Source of the DNA: Antedon mediterranea
Lineage: Eukaryota > Animalia > Echinodermata
DNA: 64,000 nt
Direction of reading: 5' to 3'
Assembly (NCBI RefSeq): GCF_964355755.1
Contig: NC_092680.1
Span: 3,224,001 to 3,288,000, forward strand
Shown: positions 24,301-39,300 of the stretch, piece after piece
Layout of the letters: each line of letters starts with the position of its first letter
Position numbering within the stretch: the stretch's first letter is position 1
Translations under genes and position numbers: made by a program
The notes under the pieces: model-generated
Seen by the model: only the letters and a program-made list of their open reading frames with translations
Told to the model about the DNA's origin: nothing
Databases searched by the model: none

Positions 24301-27300
24301 AAAAAGCTGTATCGCCAATCCAGCATTTGCCATCACCAACATATTTTGGTTGGGAGCTATCTAATGGTAAACTTCAACCAGTGCTTCTGAAAAATGGAGC
24401 TATTCCTACTGCTTCGTTAGAGATGATTTATTGTTGATGCAAGACACGATGCATAACCATATAGATGTAGGTGCAAAAAGTCAAAACTACCATGTACAGC
24501 TTTAATATGCTACTGTAACAACGCTAAAGATGACGGAAACCTTTGCATGAATGATCAAAACTGATGCCCTTAACATGTTCATTCCAAATGTAGCTTACGT
24601 GTTCACTTTTCTTTCAAACCTATACAATCATAATCCATCATATTGATGGCAGGTACTATACAATCATAATCCATCATATTGATGGCAGGTAATTTCCAAA
24701 TGTAGCTGACGTGTTCAAATCCTTTTTTAAATCTATAATCATAATCCATCATATTGATGGCAGGTAATTTTCAAATGTAGCTTATGTGTTCAAATTCTTT
24801 TTTAAATCTATAATCATAATCCATCATATTGATGGCAGGTAATTTCCAAATGTAGCTGACATGTTCACATTTTTAAAAATCTATAATCATACTCCATCAT
24901 ATTGATGGCAGGTAATTTTAAATTTCAACAAATGTAACTTGCGTGTTCAATTTTTTTTTTAATCTATATAAATCATAACACATCATATTTGATGGCAGTG
25001 AATTTTATAATTTTACTAATTATTATTGAGTATAAATAATTTCATAGTTATGCAATTATATTATATTCAGTATACAGTAGGCCTATGCTGTAGTTTAAAG
25101 GTCAATAACCATACTATCGGCCATTCTTGTACAAAATATAGACTGTGCCATTAGACTGTATAGAAACACACATGTTTTAAACAATTTAAAAAGAAAAAAA
25201 AATTCATAAGACCACAATTTTCAAAGTTATATTATTATTATATTATTATATTTGACTAATAGTTCAAAGGTCAATAGTTGTAGAATCGGCCATTTTTTGT
25301 AAAAACATTTCATTATAATAAATAAGAATGTATAGTTTCTGAACAATTTGAGCCCTATTTCGTGTCTCTCCGATTATTGGTTACTGAGATACGATAAATC
25401 AAGGTCAAAGGTCAAAATGTCAGAAATAAGACTTGCATCCATTTTTTGAGAAAATGTGTCATTAAAGTGAATATAAAAACATATATTTAAAACATTTTGA
25501 CACCAAAATTAATTATCTGTGACTAGTGGTTCTCGAGATATAGGGTAATTATAAAAAATGGCCGCCATTTTTAATTATGCAAATTAAGGGCTTAGATGGC
25601 CGAATTTCGCTTGGGATCCACCATATTCGTAATCAGCGAGGTCGAAATATCCTAAATCAAGTGGATCCCAGCTTCTACCCAAAAATGCTTCTTACATCAT
25701 ATTTCAGAGGAAATAGAACTTGTCTATCATATGTAATTTAATTTTTGGCCACATTATTTATTTAGTTTGGCGTGTGTCGCAACATTTAAAATGTGCGAAA
25801 ACTTAACCGTTAAAATAGAACAATTAAATAGGACTATCATTTAAATAAATAACCAAATAATCAATGTCTAATGCTTTGTCTACACTACTGTATCAAACTA
25901 CAAATGTGACAAAAAATGTGGTGTACATTCTATGGACATGATAATATATCACTACCATATTTGGGCACATCACACTTTTTTGTCAAACTAGTTTGATATT
26001 GTAGACAGAGATTTAATGTACTTTCCTATAGAAAAGCAATGCTATACTAGAAAGTCCAACTGGAACAGGAAAGACACTCTGCCTCCTCTGCTCCTGTTTA
26101 GCATGGAGACAATCGTACGTAGCCTCTCATGAATTGGAGAAATGTTTAGGGAATAATATGCCAGAAAACAAGTTTGCGAGCTCAATATCTGAGCAACTGA
26201 AAGAAGCCGCTGGTGCATGGCAAGGCTCTGCTGGAGGTTAGTTAGTTTGGGACAAAATATTTATTTTAATTACTTGCTTTAAAAGTATCTATAATAGTAT
26301 GCTCGAGAATTTATCCCACTTTTGGACAACAAGACTATTGTTCAACTCCACTCATATACATTATTACATTTCTTCTTCATTTTAAAACCTTCCCAGTACA
26401 ATTGTGATAATTTTGATATTAAACCCAGTGTATGGATGCACTTTCTATAATTATAGTCTTATCGTCTGAAAATGTCAATATTATTTATAAAGTGCATTAT
26501 GTACAAAGGTCAAATTTCCCATCAGCAAATAAGAAATTGAATAATTGTTTTCCTGTAGCAGTTTTATTTCAATGCACTTTTTCTTTTTGATTCAAAGTAC
26601 TTATTCGTTTAATAAACGTTTTTCGTTTATTAAACATTCTCCACACATATTTACATGATATTGAACAAGTTTGAAAAACTTTATGCCTAGGTTCTCAGAA
26701 ATACGTAACAATGGCTGCGCACTGAAAGATAGATAATATAATAATAATAATAAAATGCTCATATAATTTTCCAAGATTATTAGATTTCAAAATGAAAGTG
26801 AAATATTACTTGATTTATCAGCTCATCTAATAATTTACAGAAAATGCAGTTGTGGTTGGTAATAAAGTGCATTCCTTAAAGGTATTTCACAAATCTATTT
26901 TGCATTTTTTTGTTGTTGACAGGAATTTTGGCAACTTTTCCAAAAATCATTTACGCGTCCAGAACTCATTCTCAGCTGTCTCAAGTGATTCAAGAATTAA
27001 AACATACCTCATACAGGTCAGGAATGTGTACATTGTTTCTAATTTTAAAGTAAAGTAGTGTGAACCTATGCTTGACAGTGGGAATAGTCTACTGTACAAT
27101 AGACTCACTGCAGATTGCTGTATTATTATTATTGAAAATAACATTATTGTCATGTTTGCAACTGAGATAAAAAATTAAAATTAATCATGATATTAATTTA
27201 CAATTTACAAACATAAATAAAAATTAAATCCAATCAACAGATTCTAATTCTATGACATTTTGACAATTAAAATGATATTAAATTAAAATGATATTAAATT

Positions 27301-30300
27301 AAAATGATATTAAAATGATATTAAAATGATATTATTACTAAAGAGTTGACCTGAGTTCACTATATCAAGATTGAACCCTGGACCTGGCAATTGGAAAGCA
27401 AGCACTTTAACCATCAAGCTCCACTTATTTAAAGATGTATTGTCCCTAAAAAACCTGAAAAATAAAGATTAATTAAAACAGACTTTGAATATATTATTTT
27501 GTAGTTTGTAGAAAAAAAAAACAGAAAAAATAATGTTTTCACTTATAAAATGAAATAAAATTTTTCAGGTAAATACATTTTAAGAATTTATTTTTTCAGA
27601 AGGACAATACATCTTTAATGTTTTTATGAAAATAACCATATGTTTTGTTTTTTTATCCTAGGCCAAAGGTCTGTGTGCTGGGATCTCGTGAACAAATGTG
27701 CATTCACCCACAGGTCATGAAACAAGAGAGCAACACAGCTAAGGTGCACATGTGTCGAGCTAAAGTCACATCTAGGACGTGTTTCTACTACAACAATATA
27801 GAAAGTTAGTTCATTTCATTTATTATATATCGCATTAAAGATATTATTTATTATTTTGTTAAATATGCCATTTTAATGTCACATGATAGTTAGTCACTTT
27901 GACCAAAAATTGGATGGAAAAAAATGTTTTTACCTGAAAAATCTGTCATTTAAAGCAAACAATAGTCGAATTGCTGCCAGCTAATGGGTTTTTGGTTGAA
28001 TTTAACCCTTTAATTTGTGATTTAAAAGTGAAACATCCCTTTTTTTTTCTACGGAAGTGATTAACTTTGTTAAAACTACAAAATAACCTATTCAAAGCCT
28101 GATTTTATTAATCTTCATTTTTCATGTTTTTGGGGACAATACATCTTTAATTATTTTATTTGTTTATACAATTTCTTACAATGTGAATGCATTTCTTTGA
28201 ATGTTCCTGTTGATATTAAATGATTAGACTATTCTTATTAATCATAAATCTATTTATAGATAAGAAAGCTGATAAGGACTTTAATGACTCTATTCTTGAC
28301 ATTGAAGACCTTGTGAAAATGGGACACAAACACAAGTGAGTATCTACTGTATATACATATGTACTGCGCTATGAGGTAACCTAAATGGAAATGATGATGT
28401 CATATCACTACTATATTTGGGCATGTCACTACCATATTTGGGCATGTCACTACCATATTTGGGCATGTCACTACCATATTTGAGCACATCACACTTTCTT
28501 TGTAAAATTAGTTTTATAGTGTAGACAGAGCTTAACTCTCACAAATTTTGAGAGGTCTAAACTAACACTTCATTCTTCATTGGTCCCTGTAAATGGAATT
28601 GATTGAGTTGACCTTTGACCTATCTTTTTATAGGATAATATTGAAACCATAAATGAACTAATAAAATCTTTTTACTAAGCAAAAGTTAATTGGCTATTAG
28701 TTTAAATTGTTATTTTCAATGTGGAAGCATTTATAATTATGTAATAATGTAAATCATAACATTGTCTTCGTTAAAGGAAAGGAACAACCTAATATTTTAC
28801 CTAACTATTATAAAAGTAACCCTACCAACTTAATATTCAGAACAATTTATGTTTAAATCGGATTTGTAGTTTTCTAGTAAACAGGATTTTAAAGCTGTTT
28901 TCAAGACATTTGAAAATCGCCATCTTGTGCTCATGGCAGCCTGTTTGTGACGTCAGATACGGCCGACGAAAATTTTAAGATTCGCGGTTGCATTCGGCGC
29001 TTCTATTGGATAAGCGAATCCGCTAATATGATTGGCTAATAACGCGACATGCGGTCATGCAGGACGGCGATGACGCGGTATGAGCATGCGCTGGCTTGGT
29101 AAACAAACCTTCGCTCGATCTTTTCTTCTGCAAGCCAATTCGTAAATCTTTCAGCTATTATTAATCTATTGTTACTTTTATTGCCTAGCTGTTTCAAACG
29201 GGATTTGGTAGGGGAATTAACTGGCAAACCTTCCAAACGAAGGCTGTTGGTTGACGATGCAGTGTCTACTTTATTTTCGTTCAACACGAGTTCTAGGCCT
29301 AGTAAGGCATACAGTACAGATACACTGGCCGAAAGTACACCATTCTTCGACGGCTTGTTATGCTCGAGAATGTTCTTCTTCTCTTCTTTTTTCCTCATCT
29401 GCACAACGCAAAACTAACTCTCTTTCTGTATATTCTGGTTCCAAATTTTCTGAATTATAAAAACTCCAAGCCATATTCCGAATTATTAGGTATGTTAGGC
29501 TATTTAATTGATTTTATTTATGGTTATATCCCGCACTTCCATATTGAAATACTGTACTAAGACGATGGACGCTTGGATTTGCTTGAATGCGTCCACCTAA
29601 TCTGACGTCACATATTTGCTCTTAACCTGTCAAAATGGCGCTGTTCAATTTCCGATATGTTGTCGTTTAAAAGTCTATTTTTTAACTAAATTGCTTACTA
29701 TTGTACCTTGAACCATTGTAATCATGTTTTTATTACATTTATCTATAAGCACAGTGGCACATTTAGCCCAGGGTGTTCCTTTCCTTTAAGGAAATAAACA
29801 TTGTTATCTTGTTTTTGTGGTATTTTATCATTTCCTTCTTTAGATGTTGTCCATACTACACTGCCAAGGAACTCCATTCAGCAGCAGATATCATCTTTAT
29901 GCCTTACAATTATCTACTGGACCCAAAGGTAGTCACCATTCAATAATTCACTTTTTAATGCCAATATAAAAGAAGCATAAATTAATACAACTTATTATAA
30001 TAATGCATATTAATAATAATAATAATAAATGAAAACTGGTATAGCCTCGGTGTCCCCCACCCATGTTGAGCTCATTGCTCTTTGTGCATTAACAACGTGC
30101 GAGTACATCATCAGGTTGGTCTTGAAACTGTTCAGACTACCTGCCTTGTACTCTATTTCATATATACTTATTCTGCATATATCTTTGTCTTTTTCAGTCA
30201 CGCAAAGCTAATGGAATTGATCTCAATGGCAATGTCATCATATTTGATGAAGCTCATAATGTTGTAAGTAAATTGTGTGTACATATCTTTGAATGCATAT

Positions 30301-33300
30301 TAATCTTATTGTTTACTAGAAATACAAGGAAGAGGTGTTTTTTGTGTACGGGACCTTTAAATTTACATCCATTCCAATGATGTCAATAATGGTTTTTTTT
30401 TAGGAAAAACTTTGTGAAGAGTCTGCATCCTTTGACCTGTCCTCTGTAGAACTAGCAAGTTGTATACAAGAAGTTGGCGCCCTGTTAGACAAAGTCGTGG
30501 AATCCGAACATGCACCGAAAACTTTTAGTGCAGAAGGTGATTCGGGTAAGATGGGAATGATGTTTTATTTTTGGTGCGAGGGTTATGTCTGGTGACATTA
30601 ACCCTGCCATAATTGTTTCCTCCAGTATTTGAAAGGGTTGTAAGAACAACATCCAAGCACAATTCAAGCACATTTTCTGCAACTTATAAAAACTGTGACT
30701 GCTGTATTATTATTATTTTCATCTTTCATTTTAATAATACATTACAAAACAATTAACGAAAAATTACAATACAATGTGACTAATACAAAAATTAATAATC
30801 AATTTTATAGCAAAGATACAGATCTTAAAGAGTGATACAGGTATTTATTTACAGTATCTATATGATGAAATAACAAAACATACAGCTTATATAAATATAT
30901 AATATACAAGTATTTGTTGTAGCTTGTTCGTTGAGATGATCCCTGGGAACTTTTTTTCAGATATTTTTTACTATGTCAATCCCAAAGATTTGCTACAAGT
31001 TTTTGTGTGTAGCATCCTGTGTTTTTTCTATGAAGTGGATTGCCTGGAGAAACATTGAATTTTCACTCTAACGGCCAATTTACACAGACAAACAGTAATG
31101 GTAATAAAGCTGGTATTTCTTATGACCATTTACAAAACATGCGGTTTCCGCTGCGGATAGATACAGATTATACGTGGTACAAGGTATGCGATCGTCTGTG
31201 TCAGTTGGCCTTTAGTCCCTGGCTTTCATGTGCGTAAGGAAATAAAATAAATATATAAAAAATAAATCACAATTATTCTATTATTTTTTCATTTGTTAGG
31301 TGAAGACTTTGATACTACTGCACTGGCTGTTTTAAAAGGTATATTTTGCACTTTTTTAAAGATATTTATTTTAAAACTTTCTTTCGTTTATACATTTTAA
31401 AAATACCTTTTTTTCTTTTAAATTCAGCATTATTTGTTAACTTAGAATTAACACTACAGAAGATATGCGAGTCGGGAGGTGAGAAGGGTGTCACAAAGCC
31501 TGGCAGGTAATGCAAGTACAGGACTGTATACCCCAAGGGGGAGGGGGTGACCATTGGGACCCACAAAATGTCCCCTTAATAGTGGTGTCCATTAAATAGG
31601 GGTTTGCTGTAGTGTTAAAACATATATTTTCTTTCATTCATTTCATGGGGAGGTGTCACCTACACCCCAAGAAGTGACCATTGGACTCGACAAAATGTCC
31701 CCTTCGTATTGGTGTCCCTTGAATAGGAGTTTACTGGAGTGTTAAAACATATATTGTCTGTCGTTTTTCAGATTAAAATGGAATTAACCAACTTCTGTTG
31801 ACTTTTTGTGAATATCTATATCTCGCTCTCTCTACGTCTTGGCTCAAATTCCTCTTTTTTTAAATTTTAATTTCTAGTTCATTCATTTCTTGGGTTATTT
31901 TAAGTGCATCATGGAGATTTGTATCACGATTATCATTGCCAAAATTATTTTTACCGAGTGTAAATAAAAATATAAAAAAATTATAATAAATAAATAATTA
32001 AGTACCATAATTATTGATTACAATTGTAAATTTAATTTCTAAAATATTAATTGTACTTTTATATTTTAAGTTTTATACTAGAATTGTTATCAGAAATACA
32101 CGTTACTATGGACACCAAGGATGAGCTTCTGGAATTGATTGATAAAATTGTTTCGCATTTAACAAACCGTAAAGTTTATTTCATTTCAATTTTTGTAAAC
32201 AATTTTTAAATTTTATAAGCAACTATTTAACCTTTTTTTTTTTCCTTATGTATTTCTCTGTATGAAATATGAATAAAAAAAAATAAAAATAAAAATATAT
32301 TTGTATTATAGGTCCTGTTGTTTTTAATGTTACAGAGCATCAGAGATTGTGAAGGGATTCCGTCTGGTACTAATGAATATAGTTTGTTTGATTTACCTGC
32401 TCCAGAGCAGGTCCCGCCAACCCCTTTCTAACCTCTCCTAAATTCCAGGGGCTTCAAATGTAGTTTAAATCCTTCCCGCAATTTTGGATATCCAATTGCC
32501 TAATGTTTAAACTTAAATAGGTTTATTTCAATACATTCTATTTGCTTCACTACTGTAACAAATAAAAGTTTAAGATCAAAATCATCATCATGATTGGTTA
32601 ATTTTTTTTTCTTTTATAGTTCAAGGAGGATTTTACAACAAGGTAGCTGCTCTTTCCAAGTTCAATGACATATTAAATGTAAGTTTTCCATTTTAGTAAT
32701 GGTAATAAAACAATGCCTGTATGTTTGACAAAATAATTTATTGATTATTGAGTATTATTCCAGATGGCTTGAAATATGTAGTTACTGTAGTAATTTCAGT
32801 AAAATAGTCTTATTTTATTCAAATTTAATTGCTTTTCTAGATTGTTTTTTCAAGTCAATTCGTGTCAAGTACAGGTACAAATGACGGTAGTCTATGTTAC
32901 AAGGTATTTTAGTTTTGAATTGAAATGTTTTATTTGTACTGGGTAACCTCTTCAGGCAAAGACTGGTCTCCCAGAGGGCTTAGTTATGATAAGTGGCTGT
33001 GTGTATACTAGTACACCGGGGTAACCCCCTACTCGTCTCGACAGATGTATTAGGTTCTGTGCACATGAGCTAGATGTTTACACTGGACCTACGGTTTATA
33101 GTCCATATCCGAGAAGACTCGTTATTTATTTATTTTATTTCTTTATTCTGACATAAAATCATAGGATAAAAACACAAAGTACCGAGACGGAAAACTTATT
33201 TCCATTGTGGTCCTAAACAAATATTACAGAATAAACACAAAAACCACACTTAATTAAACATAATAAAACATACATATAGAAAATTAAATTTCTCTCAATC

Positions 33301-36300
33301 TAAAAATTTCACAAAAGTAGCCTTTAGATCTATGTTTAAATAATTGTATTGAAGAGGCGCTTTGAACAAAATATTCTACCACCAGAACCACTGAGTGAGT
33401 AAACCTCAAACCCTTGCCGATGTTATGGCTACGTAATTACTGCCCCTCTGTCTTTATATCAATGGAAGAGCTTTTTTTTACGTTTCAACTTAAAATCCCA
33501 ATTTATATATTTCACCTCTTCTTAAAATTTTGTAAAAAAAATTGAAAATTGTTGTTCTTTTTTAGGTACACATAAGGCCATGTGCGCCTGATGAAAAGAA
33601 GAAATCTACTGTTGACTTTTGGGCAAACAGGAATGGGTCAGCACAAAAGAAAGGTTGGAAAATTGATACAATTTATGTGTATAGAGTATAGTCAAATTTG
33701 TTCCCCTCTATATTAGATTAAATTAAAAACTTGTTATTTATTATGACATTTTAATTTGAGTTTACAGAATGCAAAAATAGCGGTTTTTAATATGTTTAAT
33801 ATTGATGATTCATTTTTAGTTGTCATTATTATCACTTTACCTCTTCTGGGTGTAAATTACTATAGGTCTCTTAAAGAAAAATTCCACTCTCAAAGACTTT
33901 GTTTATGTATAGCATTTTGTATGTTTATTTGTCTATTGACTGGATTGTCACTTGCATATCAAATACTTTTCTTTTGATAATCCTTGGCAATGTATTTAAC
34001 AACAATAACATACACAAAAGATCACTGTTTATTATGGATTCTACATTTTTTTTAAAGGTTTTATATTCAGCTATTGGTGTTTCAGTCCAGGTTTCAGCAT
34101 GAAAGAATTGGTAGCTCAGGGAGTACGTTCCATTATACTCACCAGTGGTACATTGTCGCCGCTCAATTCATTCAAATCAGAAATGCAAATGTAAGTGGTT
34201 TTCAATCAATATTATCTACTTCAAATATCCTTAAGCTCTGTCTAAACTATTAAACTTTATGTGACAAAAAATCTGATGTCCCAAAAATGGACATGATGTC
34301 ATATCACTACCATATTTAAGCATATCACTACCATATTTGGGCACATCACACTATTTTTGTCAAACTAGTTTGATAATGTAGACAGGGCTTTAGATTCTGA
34401 CCACTGAGTATAGCAGTGTTTCAATTTTGACTTGGATCTGTAAAATGTTTCTTTCTCAACATTCTAGAGATTTTCCAATTCAACTTGAAAACCCACATGT
34501 CATTGAGAAGCATCAGATGAAAGTTGCCGTGGTAACCAAAGGAGCAGACGGAACAGAACTAAACTCCTCCTACCGAACTAGGTTCAACGTTTCATATATT
34601 GCCTCGCTAGGCAACACAATTAGTAAGTGATTTTACTAGCTTTTTACTTAGCACAGTGTATAAAGTGTATTAATATACATCGTCCTTCAGATGGGACTTA
34701 ATCGTCCTTCAAATGGGACGTAATCGTCCTTCAAATGGGACGTAATCGTCCTTCAAATGGGACGTAATCGTCCTTCAAATGGGACGTAATCGTTGTTGGT
34801 CCCGTGTACATAATAAAAGAACTTGGTACACTATTCGCAAAGAGTAGGGGATCGTCTCCCGGTGTGCTGATCTGGTAGGCGCTGCACTGCTGGTAGCCGT
34901 GGGTCCAAAGATGGTCTAATCTGAATTTCCTCAGTTTCCAGTTAAGCTTGAGAACAAATATTAATACCGTACCTTTCTTTTGAACACAACCCTGCAACAT
35001 TTCTTCTTTTTCAGTTAACTTTTGTCGAGTCGTTCCACATGGTGTACTTGTATTTTTCCCATCATACCCGGTTATGAACAGCTGTATTGAAAATTGGCGT
35101 GAGAATCGTATATTGTCTCGGATGGAACAGTACAAGGAATTATTTATAGAGCCCAGAGGGAAGAATGACTTTCTTGAGGTATTTTTGCTCTTTCATTTGA
35201 CATTTTGAGTGTAATCTTCATACATTCTGTGCAAAAAACTGGAGTTGCACCCCAGAATAGAACCATTCCTTTACAGGATACATCTCTATTAAAGATGTAC
35301 TGTCCCTCAAAAACATTACAGCCAACCTCTATTTTGTGTATACCCCAGTTATGGGAACATTTTTTTTCCCCCGAAGGTGTCTTATATCCTTTATTTTAAA
35401 TCATTTTTTTATTTTGAAAAAAAACCTTGTAAACTACCTTTTTGAATTATAGGCTATGAACGGTTTTTATTCAAAAGTAAAAGACCAAACATTAAATGGA
35501 GCTGTATTTTTTGCTGTTTGCAGAGGAAAGGTTTGTTTATGAAAACACTATTTGAATTAATAAGTTATTATTATACAAATAATATTAGCATAATCATTCA
35601 TTCATCAGTGGAAAATTATTTCCATTTATTGTCATTTGCATATTATAAAATATACATAGAAATTATGTTTGCTCTGAGACATACAAAAACAGATAAATCA
35701 AAAAAAATAACAATAGCATAGTCATTAAAATTATTTCTATTTATTGTCATTTTGTTTGTTTATACACATTACAATACATTATAGTTTGAAATTAACAAAA
35801 TCAAACAAAAACTAAATAATTAAACAGTTATGGAAGGGGTCCTCGATAATTATTAAACATCTAACATATTTGCATATAAAATATACATAGAAATTATGTT
35901 TGCTGTGAGATATACAAAAACAGATAAATAAAAAAAAAATTAACAATGTCCAATGAAATATACATGATTTATGATTGGAAAAAAATTAATCTTGAAGGTA
36001 TCAGAAGGGCTTGACTTTGCAAACAATAATGGCAGAGCTGTTTTGATAACAGGTCTTCCATTTCCGCCAAGGATGGACCCAAAGGTGGTTTTAAAGATGC
36101 AATATTTAGATGAGGTCAAGCGCAATAACCAACTGATGTTGAGTGGTCATCAGTGGTATCGTCAGCAAGCTTCTCGAGCAGTCAACCAGGCTATCGGCCG
36201 TGTCATTCGACATAAAGAAGACTACGGTGCTATTGTTTTATGCGATGTTAGGTATAGTAGATTTTTGTTACGAAAGTTCAGATTACGGAAGACCAGATGG

Positions 36301-39300
36301 ATGCTTTTCCATGTAATGTAGCATTATTTAAGTTATTTAAAAAGCCAATAACGAAAAGCACAAGATACAATCCATGCAATAAATAGAGTACATTAGACAC
36401 CCAATTAAGGTTTGTTTTCTTCTTATTTATTTAGGCAAATTGCCAAGGATAACCATAAGTGAATTAATTCACTATCCTTTTTAAAGGTGGTAATCCTCTT
36501 CACAAGACAAACATATCCACAAGATGCTCTACATAAACAAAGTCTTATTACAAGTCTTTGTGAGTGAAGTTATAAATGTTATAAATTGTCATTAGAAAAA
36601 ATCCTGACATCGACAGGACTTGAACCCAGGACAATAACCACCAAGCCACAACTTTGAGTTATAGTTTAATTCACTCTGTATACTTCAATTCAATACTATA
36701 ACCTACAAATAAATCTGTCACTTCTCTTATAGGTTTACCCATGCTGAAGCAAGGACCCAGTTACCATCTTGGGTGCGCCCATATGTCACTGTTTATGGCA
36801 ATTTCGGTCAAGCATTTAAAGATATCAATAGTTTCTTCAAAGTCGCGGTTGAAAAAGTAAGTTGTTTTCCATGTTGCTGCAGTGCATTCTGCTTCCGTAA
36901 GCTCATATCTAACCCCAGCCATCAGTGTATGCCTGGTGGTCTAGAGGTATGATTGCCAGACAAGTGATCTGGAGGTTGTGGGTTGGAGCCTCATTAAAAA
37001 ATAGCATGCTTCAATGCAGTTGGGTTCAGATACAATAGTTTCAATTTAACAATTACCACACCTCAAATAAGAAAACTTTACAAAAGATCGTCATAACAAT
37101 CAATGTGTGTAACTGAATCAGAACTAATAGGACATTAATTTCTGTTTTTCTGTAGCTTCCAAAACCAGTCCCTAAGAAGCTACTTCCGCCACCACATGTG
37201 TCAACAGTAAGCACAGTGCCTCAACATCAACATAAACCAACTAGCCACAAGTCTACAAAGAGCTTGGTAAAGGCTAACAAAATGGTTCCACATGTACCAA
37301 GCTTAAAAAATGAGGAAGGTAAACAAGTTATTAGTTTGTTTGTTTTGTATTTGATTGATATTCAAAAACCATTCAGTTTCAGAATTATATTATGTTAGTC
37401 TTGTACTAACTAAACCTCATGGACTTCAGTGGAAATCTTGCACATTACTAAGTGTTCCCCTGAAAAAGAAAACCACTGTGATAAAGTACATATTTATGCA
37501 TTAAATGCCAGAAATGGTAAACTATATGACTCATCTACATATAATATGAACCAATTTGGCATATACATAGCACAAGTTTTCATAAGCATGTGCCAATTTT
37601 GCATATATGAACCATTTTCACTTATTAACTTTGATTTATTTTTCAGTGTCTGATGGCCAGTTACATGTGATGTATCAGGGTGCTAGAGCTTTCCCAAACA
37701 CCAAGGCACAAGGGCTTCTAAGTGCTCTTAACCAAGCAGAGGTATAATGCTGATATAAATATTTATACCTAGGAAATAACTGACAAAATATGTAATTTTT
37801 TTTCAAAACTACATCCACAAGGTCAGACGAACTGTTAACACCTTTCTTTAATAATTGTATTATTGAAGCAAAAGTAGTAATTCTGAAATGTTTACCTCTT
37901 TTCACAATCAATTATGCCGATTTTTTATAAATGTTTTAATTGTGTTTGTTTTGTGTAGGTCAGTAATACATCTAGAGCTGAGGCTGGTGACTGTAGTTCA
38001 TGGGTAAGAAATCTTCAGGGCTATGTGCACTAAAATACATACATGAATATCAATAAGTTTAGACTATGTATTTATTACTTACCGTATTACCCTAATTGTA
38101 ATATATTATGCTAATTTTTGTTTTTAGTTTGATTCTAAAAATGAAACGCCTAAGAAAAGTGTCGAGACAAAAAAGAGGAAGAAAATTGTCATAGTAAAAG
38201 TAAGTATGAATGCATTTATTGCTATATTTTCAAAAGTGCATGTTTAGAATAAAAATCAAATTGATACAAAAAAAAACCATAAATTCCTTAAATTAGCATA
38301 ATATAATGGTATTGACATTTTTAAATCTGTTATTAACTAATATGCGCATACATTAATTTTCTCTACACTATTTTTAATGTATAATTTTATGGGTTGCACC
38401 AAAGATAATAAAAGGAGAAGATACAACAGTTCCGTTGGCGGTGTAAACCACATCCGGGTTACTATTTGCCTACGCCTGAAGGTGGCGCATTTCTCTTTCG
38501 CCAAAAGAAGTGCGCCACCTTCAGGCGTGGGTAAGGTAAAACTTTTATTGTAAATATCTATAAAAATGCAAACGATGATTATTTATCAAAATGATTATCA
38601 AAATATTAATAATATCAAAATTAGTAGAGCACTGACGCCAGAACACATCAGATCATCACGATCCATCGAAACGTGGGATTAGACGGGAACCATATCTAGA
38701 GCCCGCCGTCGTTCGGCTGCTGGATTCTTACGCGTCCACGAATAAGCGTCCGCGTTTCCTATCCTTCTATGTATAACAGCGCGTACTGTTGATTCTTTAC
38801 CTATTTATATTCTTTGGTTGCACCTTGAATTTTAGAATTGTAGCCATAATCTATGTTTCACTCAAACATGCATTTTGTGTATATTATTAAATAATAAATC
38901 AAGACCTTGATTACACAATAAATAGATAATTATGATTAAAATTTCTTTAGAAGTCAGAAGTATCTTCCTCGAAAGAAGCTCAGAGCAGACCATCTGTAAA
39001 CACTGCACAGAATTATATTCAAAGGGTGAGTAATAATTGTTAAGAAATAAATTGTGATCCAGAATGATTTACACACTTTAGTATAAAAAATGCCTGAAAA
39101 GGTGTTATCCTACCATATGTACAATGTATGCTTATGAGTAGAATGCACAATTTTAGAAAACATCGGGTAATGAACTCGGTTTCAAAGAGTATTGTGAGTG
39201 GCCGAGCGGTTACAGTAAGATAGTGGAAGCGTAATTATGTAGCCATCGGCAAGGGTTCGAGGCTCACTCGCTCCATGGTTCTGGTGGTAGAACAAGTCTT

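Larger units (their letters stand above)
21558..25726 (-). mobile_element. Non-autonomous Academ (AcademX-type) DNA transposon derivative with foldback structure
   Basis: Termini TAGACAGGTTCCATTT...AAATAGAACTTGTCTA with a 3-bp TSD TCA. Decayed XPG/PIN-like motifs on the - strand ([16 protein letters not shown]) and a C-terminal Cys-rich finger (CGCK...[16 protein letters not shown]). This domain pair and TSD length match Academ. Confidence 0.85.

Noticed and set aside
36925-37000. tRNA-like sequence (also ~27345-27420 and ~36610-36650)
   Set aside because: The boxes are degenerate and there is no acceptor stem. These are most likely old SINE fragments.
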